The notes beneath the pieces were generated by a model. The model was not told the DNA's origin. It saw only the letters and a program-made list of their open reading frames with translations, and ran no database searches. From Gemmatales bacterium (GTDB lineage: Bacteria; Planctomycetota; Planctomycetia; Gemmatales; HRBIN36), in NCBI GenBank assembly GCA_041640595.1, contig JBEPZY010000004.1, forward strand, positions 32,001 through 96,000: a stretch of DNA of 64,000 nucleotides, written 5' to 3'. The position numbers and the translations under genes were made by a program. Positions 19,416 to 29,005 of the stretch are shown one piece after another; within the stretch, counting starts at the first letter, position 1, and the number at the start of each line of letters is the position of its first letter.

Positions 19416-19837
19416 AGCGATTCTCCCCTGCACCGACGGCGACGATTGCTTAGAATCTGAAGCGTCTATATTATCCGCAACGCCTCCGGTACTGGCAACG
19501 AAGTCGCTCAGCCTGACCAACGGGCAGCACCTGTGCCTTCGGCGCAATAGTCAACCGCGGCCAATCGTTTCCGCTGGCTTACGGCTTAAGAATTGCCACG
19601 CGATTGGCTGCCTGCGTTATGAACGTGTTGGATTGCGAAAGACACCGAATCCCCGCATAGGCGATCTTCGCCAGCCCTTACAAACGGCACCGACACCAGC
19701 CCCGGTGCCTGCTCGGACTGCAGGAAGCTCCGGCTAATCGAGCTCCCGGAACATCCAGCATCGCGCTTGGGCCATCCACTGGTCTAGCGGGTCGGCAAGT
19801 GCCTACTGCAACCCCGCGCAAACTCCAACCGGCGGGC

Positions 19838-20467
19838 TCAGCGCCGACGTTGCAAACGTTGCATCTCCGCTATCATACGCCGCAGCTGCTCTAACTGTTG
19901 GCGTTGGAGTCGCTCCAGATACTGCATTTCCCGGCGGAATTGCGGTAATTGCCGACGTTGCGCCTGAAGCATGCGCTGCTGTAACTGCCGCATCTGCTGC
20001 GTTACTTTCTGGTACTCCTGAATCTGCTCTTCGTAGGCTTTGGTAAAGTACGAAGAAAACTCGTCCCAGGAGACCAGTCCATCGTTGTTGCTATCCACGG
20101 CTTCAAAGAACTGAACATCGAGCGGCTTCACAACAGGTTTGTAGGCGGGTTTGTTGGTTTCAGGTTTGTCCTGGGGTTTTTGCGGTTCGAGGAGGTTCTT
20201 ATCGTTGAATGGGTTTCCGCCACCCGCCTGGTTTTTGTTCAGCAATTCCGGAGCGGGTTTAGCACTCGGCCCGCGGAAGAACTTGGCCGCCTCTTCCGGG
20301 TCTATGTTGCCGTCCTTATTCTTGTCCATCCGGTCAAACTGCTGACGGAGAATCTGCTCAATGTCCGCATGGAGCTGAACTCCCGCGTTCGGCTTATTCG
20401 GCTTATTCTGCGCCTGGACAAACGTGACCGCCGTCAGCACCAGAGTTCCCGCCAACAGCCATCGCAT
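19838..20467 (-). CDS. Secreted EF-hand protein with C-terminal Gln/Arg-rich coiled coil
   Basis: Signal peptide; EF loops DKNKDGNIDPEE and DSNNDGLVSWDE. Confidence 0.8.
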   Translation of the reverse strand: MRWLLAGTLVLTAVTFVQAQNKPNKPNAGVQLHADIEQILRQQFDRMDKNKDGNIDPEEAAKFFRGPSAKPAPELLNKNQAGGGNPFNDKNLLEPQKPQDKPETNKPAYKPVVKPLDVQFFEAVDSNNDGLVSWDEFSSYFTKAYEEQIQEYQKVTQQMRQLQQRMLQAQRRQLPQFRREMQYLERLQRQQLEQLRRMIAEMQRLQRRR

Positions 20468-20603
20468 GGTATGCTCCTACTATTCGGGGCAGCCGTATGG
20501 CTTACCGATTCAATCCACAATCCACAAGACCGCCTAAAATGTCGTATTTGTCCGCCGGTTGGAGAAAAGCGTGCTCAATCTCCTCGGGCTGCACTCTACT
20601 ATA

Positions 20604-20631
20604 TTGACGCTACGAGCTTCGGAAAAGTTCC
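20604..20631 (-). promoter_or_regulatory. ECF (sigmaE-type) promoter candidate for the EF-hand gene
   Basis: Minus strand reads GGAACT-N16-CGTCAA, ~140 bp upstream of the start at 20467. Confidence 0.55.
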
Positions 20632-21067
20632 GCGATTTTCTTTACAGCCGAGCCTTGGGCCTGACCGGTACGCCTAGCAAGTGCACAGGGAAAACTCGCC
20701 ATCGGTATGGTTGCCCCGGACGCATAGCATGGGAAGATGCGGACAAAAACAGGGTGCGCGAAAACAACGCGACGCAGCTATCGCACGGCGGAAGTCATTT
20801 TGGGTGGATGGAGCGTTTTTGGAGTTAGCTTATGTTTACAATAGGGCATGTCGGGGAGCAAAACCGGGCTTGACCCTGGCTATTGTCTGTCCTGAACAAG
20901 GACGGCTTTGCCAGCATTTAGCATCGGGTCAGCTTGCCCACCAGAGGTGCTGTACGTCGGCAATTTCCCGGAAATAGGTCAACCGGGCTGCCCGACCGTG
21001 ATTGGTGGCGAAACGCTAACGGTGATGCTTTTACCGACCGCTATCGGAGACCGCGAGGATTAAAGCA

Positions 21068-24000
21068 ATGCCTTTCGAGAAGGTAGAGACCACTTTCGAT
21101 TTGCCGGCACTGGAACGCGAAATCCTGCGCTTCTGGGAGCAAACGCAGGCATTTGAAAAACTGCGGGAAAAAAATCGCGGCAAACCGAAGTGGTCGTTTC
21201 TCGACGGTCCGATCACCGCCAACAATCCGATGGGGGTGCATCATGCCTGGGGACGCACCTACAAGGATCTGTTTCAGCGGTTCCAGGCCATGACCGGGCA
21301 CGAGCTACGCTACCAGAACGGTTTCGATTGCCAGGGATTGTGGGTCGAAGTGGAGGTGGAAAAGGAACTGGGGCTGCGTTCCAAACAGGACATTGAGAAT
21401 CTGGTGCCGGGCGATCGTTTCGCCAGCATTGATCGGTTTGTGCAACTGTGCAAGCAGCGGGTGGATCGCTTTGCCCGTATTCAGACGCAGCAAAGCATTC
21501 GCCTGGGTTACTGGATGGACTGGGACCGCGAGGAAGACTGGCAGAAACCGCCCGACCAGCGCCGCAGTTACTACACCATGTCGGAGGAAAACAACTACAC
21601 CATCTGGCACTTTCTGAAGCGATGTCACCAGCGAGGCTTAATTTACCGTGCCTACGATGCCATGCCCTGGTGCCCGCGCTGTGCCGTCGGCATCAGCCAG
21701 ATGGAGATGCACGAAGGTTACGAACGGGTGGCGCATCGGGCCGTGTTTGTGCGTTTCCCCTTGCGGGGTCGCCCAGGTGAAAACCTCCTGGTCTGGACGA
21801 CCACACCGTGGACGCTTTCCAGCAACGTCGCCTGTGCGGTACATCCGGACTTGACGTACCTGCGGGTGCGGCATCAGGGGCAGATTTATTACGTGGCCAG
21901 GGGAGCGTTCACTTATCCACGGCTGGAAGAGGAGTTTCGCCGCAAGGAATGGGTTGAGGGTGTGCCCAAACTCAAGACCGTTGAACAAATCTTCCGCGAA
22001 CGTGGTGGCTACGAAATTGTCGGCGAGATGCGTGGCTCGGAGATGCTGGGCTGGAGTTACGATGGGCCTTTCGATGAGCTTCCCGCTCAGCAGCATCCCT
22101 ACGGTTATCCCGCGGAGATTGCCGAGGTAGCGAAACGGCAAGGTTGGTCGGCTGGCGTATCGGCCCGGGAGGCGCATCGGGTCATTGCTTGGGACGCGGT
22201 AGGCGAAACGGAAGGAACCGGCATCGTGCATATTGCTCCCGGCTGCGGTGCCGAGGACTTTGAGCTGGGCAAACACGAAAAGTTGCCACCGATTGCCCCG
22301 CTGGACGACCAGGGGAGGTTTTTGAGCGGTTTTGGTCCACTGACGGGAATGCTCGCCTACGACCCGACCCTCACTGATTGCGTTCTGGATTCGCTCCGGC
22401 AAAAAGGATTGCTCGTGGCCGTCGAGCAATATCCGCACAACTATCCCCACTGCTGGCGATGCAAGACCGAATTGCTCTTCCGCCTGGTGGACGAATGGTA
22501 CATCCGCATGGACTGGCGTGAGGAGATCATGCGGGTCTGTTACGACATCACCTGGATACCCGAATTCGGGTTGCAGCGGGAGCTGGACTGGTTACGCAAT
22601 ATGGGCGACTGGATGATTTCCAAAAAGCGTTACTGGGGTTTGGCATTGCCCATCTGGGTGTGTGAGCAGTGCGGCTGGTTCGACGTAATTGGTGGGCGTC
22701 GGGAATTACGCGAACGAGCGATTGCCGGCTGGGAAAAATTCGAGGGCCATTCGCCGCATCGCCCCTGGATTGACCTGGTGAAAATCCGTTGCGGGGAGTG
22801 TGGCGGTGTGGCCAGCCGCGTTCCCGATGTCGGCAATCCCTGGCTTGATGCTGGCATCGTGCCTTTCTCGACCATGCGTTACAACACCGAGTTCCACCCC
22901 GATGACCCCGAACGCACCTACTGGAAGACCTGGTTCCCGGCGGATTTCATTACCGAGTGTTTCCCGGGCCAGTTCCGCAACTGGTTTTACGCGCTTCTGG
23001 CCATGAGCACGATGCTGGAGCAACGCGCACCGTTCAAGACGCTGCTTGGCCACGCCCTGGTGCGGGATCAGGACGGGGAAGAAATGCACAAATCGAAAGG
23101 TAACGCCATTCCGTTTGAAGGCGCGGCCGATGAAGGTTACAGTATCGTTACCCGAGACGGTCGAACGCTGACCTGTCCGCCCATGGGAGCCGACCTGATC
23201 CGCTGGATGTTCGCCCGGCACAACCCGGCGGTCAACATCAATTTTGGTCCGAGACCGGCCGAGGAGATCCGCAACCAGTTCTTCCTCAAACTGTGGAACA
23301 CGTATGCCTTTTTCTGCAACTATGCCCGCCTGGATCAGTTCGATCCGAAATCGCCGCCCGTGCCGCTCGAACGCCGAACCGAGATGGATCGCTGGATTCT
23401 GTCCGATTTGCAGTTGCTGGTGCAGACGGCCTGGCGGGAACTGGCCCGGTACAACGCCATGACTGTTTGCCTGGAAGTGGAAAAATTCGTGGATGAAAAG
23501 CTCAGCAACTGGTACGTTCGCCGCAACCGCCGCCGCTTCTGGAAAAGCGAGGCCAGCGAAGATAAACTGGCGGCTTACCAGACGCTCTACGAAGTTCTGG
23601 TTACGCTGTGCCGGTTGCTGGCACCGATCATCCCGTTTACCACCGAAGCCATGTATCAAAACCTGGTGGTACGGGGGCGGGGCATCGAAGACGGCGCATT
23701 GCCGTTCAGTGTGCACTTATGCGATTATCCCCAGGCCAAAACCGAGTGGATCAATAGCGAATTGTCGGCGGATATGGCCGTGGTGTTGCGGCTGGTGTCG
23801 TTAGGTCTGGCGGCTCGCAATCAGGTCAAAATCAAGGTGCGGCAACCGCTGGCGGAAATGAAAGTGCAGGCCCAGGACGAACGCGTCCAGCGCGTGCTGG
23901 AACGTTTCCGCGAACCCATCCTGGACGAGCTGAACATCAAAACGCTCCAGTGGGTTCCGCCGCAACAGGCCCTGGTCAGTTACCGCGTCCAGCCCGATGC

Positions 24001-24532
24001 CAAACAACTCGGCCCGAAACTGGGTGGCCAGTTCCCGGCTCTGATGCAAGCGCTCAGCCAGGCGGATTCCGCACAGCACGCTCACTGGGCCGAACGCATC
24101 CGCCAGGGCGAAACCATCTCGGTTCCGGTCGGTGACACTGCGTTGACATTGCTGCCTTCGGAATTGCAGGTGCAACTGGTAGCACCCGATGGCTGGGTCG
24201 CCGCCGAGGAGAAAGGCATCCTGGTGCTGCTGGACACCCGGATTACGCCGACGTTGAAACTCGAAGGACTGGCCCGTGATGTCGTTCGCCACATTCAGAA
24301 CCTGCGCAAACAGGCTCAGCTCGAACTCGAAGACCGCATTATCCTGTACCTGGCCACACCGTCGGCAGAGTTACAATCGGCGCTGCAGGCTCACCGCGAT
24401 TACATCGCTGCCGAAACCCTGACCATCCACTGGGCCAGCCAGCCACTCGGTGATGCCGCTGCTCACACCGAGGTTCGCCTCGAAGGGTATCCCTTGCGGA
24501 TCGAGTTACGCAAAGCCACGCCCCAGGCCTAA
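21068..24532 (+). CDS. ileS: Isoleucine--tRNA ligase, type 2
   Basis: FLDGPITAN, GFDCQGL, WTTTPWTL, GTGIVHIAP, DWMISKKRYWG, C-terminal EGLARDVVRHIQNLRK (type 2). Signature motifs read GVHH and EMHKS. Confidence 0.95.
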   Translation: MPFEKVETTFDLPALEREILRFWEQTQAFEKLREKNRGKPKWSFLDGPITANNPMGVHHAWGRTYKDLFQRFQAMTGHELRYQNGFDCQGLWVEVEVEKELGLRSKQDIENLVPGDRFASIDRFVQLCKQRVDRFARIQTQQSIRLGYWMDWDREEDWQKPPDQRRSYYTMSEENNYTIWHFLKRCHQRGLIYRAYDAMPWCPRCAVGISQMEMHEGYERVAHRAVFVRFPLRGRPGENLLVWTTTPWTLSSNVACAVHPDLTYLRVRHQGQIYYVARGAFTYPRLEEEFRRKEWVEGVPKLKTVEQIFRERGGYEIVGEMRGSEMLGWSYDGPFDELPAQQHPYGYPAEIAEVAKRQGWSAGVSAREAHRVIAWDAVGETEGTGIVHIAPGCGAEDFELGKHEKLPPIAPLDDQGRFLSGFGPLTGMLAYDPTLTDCVLDSLRQKGLLVAVEQYPHNYPHCWRCKTELLFRLVDEWYIRMDWREEIMRVCYDITWIPEFGLQRELDWLRNMGDWMISKKRYWGLALPIWVCEQCGWFDVIGGRRELRERAIAGWEKFEGHSPHRPWIDLVKIRCGECGGVASRVPDVGNPWLDAGIVPFSTMRYNTEFHPDDPERTYWKTWFPADFITECFPGQFRNWFYALLAMSTMLEQRAPFKTLLGHALVRDQDGEEMHKSKGNAIPFEGAADEGYSIVTRDGRTLTCPPMGADLIRWMFARHNPAVNINFGPRPAEEIRNQFFLKLWNTYAFFCNYARLDQFDPKSPPVPLERRTEMDRWILSDLQLLVQTAWRELARYNAMTVCLEVEKFVDEKLSNWYVRRNRRRFWKSEASEDKLAAYQTLYEVLVTLCRLLAPIIPFTTEAMYQNLVVRGRGIEDGALPFSVHLCDYPQAKTEWINSELSADMAVVLRLVSLGLAARNQVKIKVRQPLAEMKVQAQDERVQRVLERFREPILDELNIKTLQWVPPQQALVSYRVQPDAKQLGPKLGGQFPALMQALSQADSAQHAHWAERIRQGETISVPVGDTALTLLPSELQVQLVAPDGWVAAEEKGILVLLDTRITPTLKLEGLARDVVRHIQNLRKQAQLELEDRIILYLATPSAELQSALQAHRDYIAAETLTIHWASQPLGDAAAHTEVRLEGYPLRIELRKATPQA

Positions 24533-25075
24533 CGGCTCCTCGCTTTCAACCCGCTACTTGGTGCGGGTACGATCGCCACTCACGGCGTACCTGTGCGCTA
24601 ATTCTGGAGAGGCTGTCGCTGACATCCTGTCATCCGCGAATCGTGTAACCGTTCGCTATCCGGAGAATGCAACGCTTGGTCGGCGTTTTTCGGTTTTTGC
24701 CGTGCGCACTGCGTGATGTTTGCTGGTAAGCTATTGGGTCAGGGAAGCTCTCCCGGCCTCGCTGTTCGCTGCTCATTATTTGGGGCCCGATAGTTCGATA
24801 GCCTGTCGCTTATCGTTCGCTGCGTACTGGTTGGCTGGGTGCCTCGCATCTGGCATGGCCGATCTTTTGCCACGCCGTCAGCCAGACCGCTTCGTATGCG
24901 GCCTCGCCAGGGGCAACCACACCCGTTGGAAAGGCCGTACCGCTGCCGTAAACTAATGTTAGACCTATTTCGGGATTTTGCGCTGGATTTTTATCGCGTT
25001 TACTTTTTGCCCTGGCTTGATTGTCCGGCTCCTGGTCGGATTGCTCGGGCTTCATCATGCAAAAGGAGGTAGGAT

Positions 25076-25675
25076 ATGGCTCAACAGGTTATCGTGGTGG
25101 CTTGTCCAAAGTGCCAGGCACGCTTTCAGGCTCCGGCAACACTGCTCGGTAAAAAGGTCAAGTGCAAAAAATGCGGCGGGGTGGTTACCGTCGCACCCGC
25201 CCGGGACGAGGAAGAATGGAGCAAAAATCCCAATCCCTACTCGGTCACTCAGGAAAACTACTCGGTCGTCCGTTGCCCCTTCTGTGCTCATGAGCTGGAG
25301 AGCGAGGACCAGAAAATCTGTCTCAATTGCGGTTTCAACTTAGTAACCCGCCAGCGCATGGAAACAAAAGTCCTCGAACCAGTCACCGCGGTGGATTATA
25401 TGGTCTGGTTGGCCCCCGGTATCCTGTCCGCAATTGGGATGCTGCTTTGCCTGGGATGCATCCTTTGCTTTTTGCTGGCTAAGCCCGACTTACGCGAGTA
25501 TGGCCTGGGCTGGCTGCAATTTCGTTCCGGGGAAAATGAAATGATCCCGATCTACGCCAGCGTCGGCATGGGCTTTCTGGCGTTTTTTGCTGCCAAATTC
25601 GCCTTTCAACGGCTGGTGCTCAATCCGCGACCGCCGGAAGCACCAAAACGTAAAAAGAAAGAGGGCGAAGACTAA
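25076..25675 (+). CDS. Double zinc-ribbon membrane protein
   Basis: CPKC…CKKC and CPFC…CLNC, two hydrophobic helices, Lys-rich tail; SD aaggaggt. Confidence 0.75.
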   Translation: MAQQVIVVACPKCQARFQAPATLLGKKVKCKKCGGVVTVAPARDEEEWSKNPNPYSVTQENYSVVRCPFCAHELESEDQKICLNCGFNLVTRQRMETKVLEPVTAVDYMVWLAPGILSAIGMLLCLGCILCFLLAKPDLREYGLGWLQFRSGENEMIPIYASVGMGFLAFFAAKFAFQRLVLNPRPPEAPKRKKKEGED

Positions 25676-25734
25676 GCCCTCTGCGATTCTATGGTTCTAT
25701 CCTCGATCGCCTCCTGACGGAAAGCACCGTCGGT

Positions 25735-26370
25735 TTATTTTTCGGGACGAATCTCGCGGAACTGAATGTCCTTGAAGATCACCTCCATGGGTCCGCCCGC
25801 GTGAAGCTGCCAGGCGATGATCCCTTTGTCCGGCATTTTCGGAAACTCCCCGTCCACCATGGTCACGCCGTTGATTTTGATCGTAACATGCTTGCCCACG
25901 CAGCGGATGGAATAGTGGTTGAAGTCGGCCGGTTTGACAGCCTTTGCGATCAGCTCTTTCGGAGCAGCCTGCATCATACCGCCGAAATGCTCTCCGTAAA
26001 GGCTGCCCCAGTATCCCTCGCCGATGTCACACTGGGGGCCGCGCACCGCGAATTTCTCTTTGTCGAAGATTTCGCTGCGAATCTGCACACCGCTGTTTCC
26101 CCGGCCGTTTTTTAACCGCACCTGAAAACTCAACTCAAAGTCGCCGTATTCCCGTTCGCTGCATAAAAACGTGTTGAATTTCAGGCCGGTTGGCTCGGTC
26201 GAACCCACGATTGCCCCGTCCACTACCTTCCAGTATTGCGTCAAACCTCGCCAGCCGGTCAGGTCCTTGCCGTTGAAAAACACCGGTTTTTCCTGGCTGG
26301 AAACCCCGTCCGTCATCGCCAGGGTGGCCACACACACCAGCCATCCCGCTTTCCAGAGCAGCATCCGCAT
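25735..26370 (-). CDS. DUF1080 (3-keto-disaccharide hydrolase-like) secreted protein
   Basis: FNGKDLTGW, WKVVDGAIVG, YGDFEL, NSGVQIRS, GIIAWQLH, FKDI. Confidence 0.9.
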   Translation of the reverse strand: MRMLLWKAGWLVCVATLAMTDGVSSQEKPVFFNGKDLTGWRGLTQYWKVVDGAIVGSTEPTGLKFNTFLCSEREYGDFELSFQVRLKNGRGNSGVQIRSEIFDKEKFAVRGPQCDIGEGYWGSLYGEHFGGMMQAAPKELIAKAVKPADFNHYSIRCVGKHVTIKINGVTMVDGEFPKMPDKGIIAWQLHAGGPMEVIFKDIQFREIRPEK

Positions 26371-26576
26371 CGTGATACTCCTGTTGTTAGCTGGCTGTCA
26401 TCCTTGCTCAGACTCGTAGTCCATGCTTTATTGTGGTGACACAGCGCTGACAGCCCAGCGCTGCGGTAAAGACTCGATTTGCGGTCTGGCAATTATCGCT
26501 TATTCTATGACCTGGCCGGTGGTTTTCACTATACTAAGAAACCAACCGAAAGGGGGATGATGCTGGAGAAAAGCTG

Positions 26577-27005
26577 ATGCAAACGCGTTGTCCTGGGTGC
26601 CAGTCGCAATTGCGGGTTCCTGATGAATTTCTGGGCAAGCGTGTCAAATGCCCGAAATGCGGACACATCTTTCAAGCTGGACAATCACCGCCCCCAGTCG
26701 TGGAAGTCGAGCCTGTCGAAGAAGAAGAACAGCAATCGAGCGTGCCAGCAACGCTCAAGAAAAAGAAGAAAAAAGCACGGAAACAACTGGGATTCTGGGA
26801 ACGCACAGTTCGCGATACCTCGCTGTTTTTGCTCATTCCTTGCGGACTATGTTGCCCGTTACCTGCGCTCATTCTTGGGGCGATAGGCATGGGCACGTTC
26901 ACTGATGCAGATGCCCAGGAAAATGCCAAAATCCTGACCATCTGCGCCGGTATCGGCATCGCGATTGGGGCCGTGCTACGCCTTATCGCTATGTTTATTC
27001 AGTAA
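26577..27005 (+). CDS. MJ0042-type zinc-ribbon membrane protein
   Basis: CPGC…LGKRVKCPKCGHIF, poly-E and poly-K linker, two C-terminal TM helices. Confidence 0.75.
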   Translation: MQTRCPGCQSQLRVPDEFLGKRVKCPKCGHIFQAGQSPPPVVEVEPVEEEEQQSSVPATLKKKKKKARKQLGFWERTVRDTSLFLLIPCGLCCPLPALILGAIGMGTFTDADAQENAKILTICAGIGIAIGAVLRLIAMFIQ

Positions 27006-27053
27006 ACGGCACTAACGAACCTTGCGAACATAACGAGGGCACGGAGATAGCAC

Positions 27054-28775
27054 ATGGAACGGTATTACCGCTCAGCAATCGGAGGGATGGCGGTGGCGAT
27101 TATGCTGGCACTCGGCTCAGCCAACGGTGGTAACAATGCCAACACGCCCGAGGAGCGTGCTCGTGCTTTTATTCGCTATTACGAGGAACAGGTTCGTCCG
27201 CTGGAGATCGCGGTCAACCTCGCCTGGTGGCAGGCCAACATCACCGGCAAAGACGAAGATTTCAAAGCCAAGGAAGAAGCCCAGAACAAACTCGATGCGG
27301 CTCTGAGTAACCGCGAGCGCTTCGCCGAACTCAAGGCTTTGCACGGGCAGGTGCAGGATCGCTTGCTGGCCCGGCAAATCCACCTGCTTTACCTGGCCCA
27401 TCTGGAAAAGCAAGTCGAGCCGGAACTGCTGCGGCAAATCACCAGCAAAGCCAACGCCATCGAAAAGGCGTTCAACGTTTACCGGGCTCGAGTCGGCGAC
27501 CGCGAAATGACCGACAGCGAAGTTCGGCGTGTCCTGAAACAATCCACCGATAGCGCCCACCGAAAAGCCGTCTGGGAAGCCAGTAAAGCAGTCGGCAGCG
27601 TGGTGGAAAAGGATTTGCGTGAGCTGGTGCGATTGCGTAATCAGGCGGCACGCAAACTCGGTTTCCGCGACTACCACGTTTTGCAGCTGTACATCAACGA
27701 GCAGGACCAGGCCGAGCTGGGCCGCCTGTTTGACGAGCTGGATGAGCTGACCCGGGAACCATTCCGGCAATTGAAAGAGCGAATCGATCGTGTGCTGGCC
27801 AAACAGTACGGCATCAGTGTCGGCGACCTGCGCCCCTGGCATTACAAAGACCCATTCTTCCAGGAATCGGTGAGCGATTACACCGCTGATCCCGACAATC
27901 CGAAACCAGCCGCCGACCTGGATGCCGTTTATGCCAAGGCCGACATCGTCCGTATCTGTCGGGACTACTACGCGAGTATCGGTTTGCCTGTGGATGATGT
28001 GCTGGCGCGGAGCGATCTGTTTGAGAAGCCTGGCAAAAGTCCGCATGCCTTTTGCATTGACATTGACCGGGAAGGCGATGTTCGCGTGCTCGCCAACATC
28101 GTCCCCAACGAATACTGGATGAACACCATGCTCCATGAGCTGGGGCACGCGGTCTATAGCAAATACGTGCCGCGAACTTTACCTTACGTGCTGCGGGCGG
28201 AGTCTCACATCCTGACCACGGAAGGGATCGCCATGATGATGGAGCGGGCGAGCAAACAGTCCGCCTGGGCACAGGCCATGGGCTTGCACGTTGCCGATCC
28301 GCAGGCTTTCGACGCGACTGGCCAGCGGATGTTGCAGGCGCAATTGCTTATCTTTTCACGCTGGTGTCAGGTCATGTTTCGCTTTGAGAAAGAGATGTAT
28401 GCCAACCCCGAGCAAGACCTGAACAAACTCTGGTGGGACCTGGTGGAGAAGTATCAACTGGTCCGTCGCCCCGAAGGGCGCAACGCTCCGGATTACGCGA
28501 GCAAGATTCACATCGTCAGTGCTCCGTGCTACTATCACAACTACATGCTGGGGGAAATGTTCGCCTGCCAGGTACACCACGCTATCGCCCGCGACGTGTT
28601 GCGGACCAGTCCAGACAAAGCCCTCTACGTCAACCGCAAGGAAGTCGGCGAGTTTCTGAAACAGCGGGTCTTTGGTCCGGGGCGGAGTATGACCTGGAAT
28701 GAACTCACCAAATTCGCCACCGGTGAGGAACTGAGCCCCAAAGCGTTTGCCCGTGATTTCGGCCAGACACGGTAA
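27054..28775 (+). CDS. Secreted zinc metallopeptidase (M2/M3 family)
   Basis: Signal peptide; HELGH zincin motif followed by TEGIAM; HIVSAPCYYHNY. Confidence 0.88.
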   Translation: MERYYRSAIGGMAVAIMLALGSANGGNNANTPEERARAFIRYYEEQVRPLEIAVNLAWWQANITGKDEDFKAKEEAQNKLDAALSNRERFAELKALHGQVQDRLLARQIHLLYLAHLEKQVEPELLRQITSKANAIEKAFNVYRARVGDREMTDSEVRRVLKQSTDSAHRKAVWEASKAVGSVVEKDLRELVRLRNQAARKLGFRDYHVLQLYINEQDQAELGRLFDELDELTREPFRQLKERIDRVLAKQYGISVGDLRPWHYKDPFFQESVSDYTADPDNPKPAADLDAVYAKADIVRICRDYYASIGLPVDDVLARSDLFEKPGKSPHAFCIDIDREGDVRVLANIVPNEYWMNTMLHELGHAVYSKYVPRTLPYVLRAESHILTTEGIAMMMERASKQSAWAQAMGLHVADPQAFDATGQRMLQAQLLIFSRWCQVMFRFEKEMYANPEQDLNKLWWDLVEKYQLVRRPEGRNAPDYASKIHIVSAPCYYHNYMLGEMFACQVHHAIARDVLRTSPDKALYVNRKEVGEFLKQRVFGPGRSMTWNELTKFATGEELSPKAFARDFGQTR

Positions 28776-28793
28776 ACGTGATGGCACTTGACA

Positions 28794-28950
28794 AGTGGCC
28801 GGTGGTCAGTGGCCAGTGATCAGGGATCGGTGGCCAGTGGTCAGCAACCTGCGGTAACGTCGATCAGAGGTCGACGGTTGCTGCTCGCTGGTCAGAGAAA
28901 GCGTGCCCTGGTGGCAAGTGGTCAGTGGTCGGTGACTGGTGAAGGTGACC
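28794..28950. repeat. Heptamer tandem repeats (consensus RGTGRYC) in two blocks
   Basis: Seven units at 28794-28842 (agtggcc ggtggtc agtggcc agtgatc agggatc ggtggcc agtggtc) and four to five units at 28910-28950. Confidence 0.85.
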
Positions 28951-29005
28951 AGAAGAGTGTGGCGCGAATGGGATTTTTCGGTTGTCTGGACAATTGGCGG
29001 GTGGT

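Noticed and set aside
20632..21067. T-box riboswitch upstream of ileS
   Set aside because: No GGTGGNACC T-box motif or antiterminator/terminator pair is visible.
25076..27005. Two zinc-ribbon membrane genes around DUF1080 as a functional system
   Set aside because: Both families are highly expanded in planctomycetes, orientations differ, and nothing links them in the sequence.
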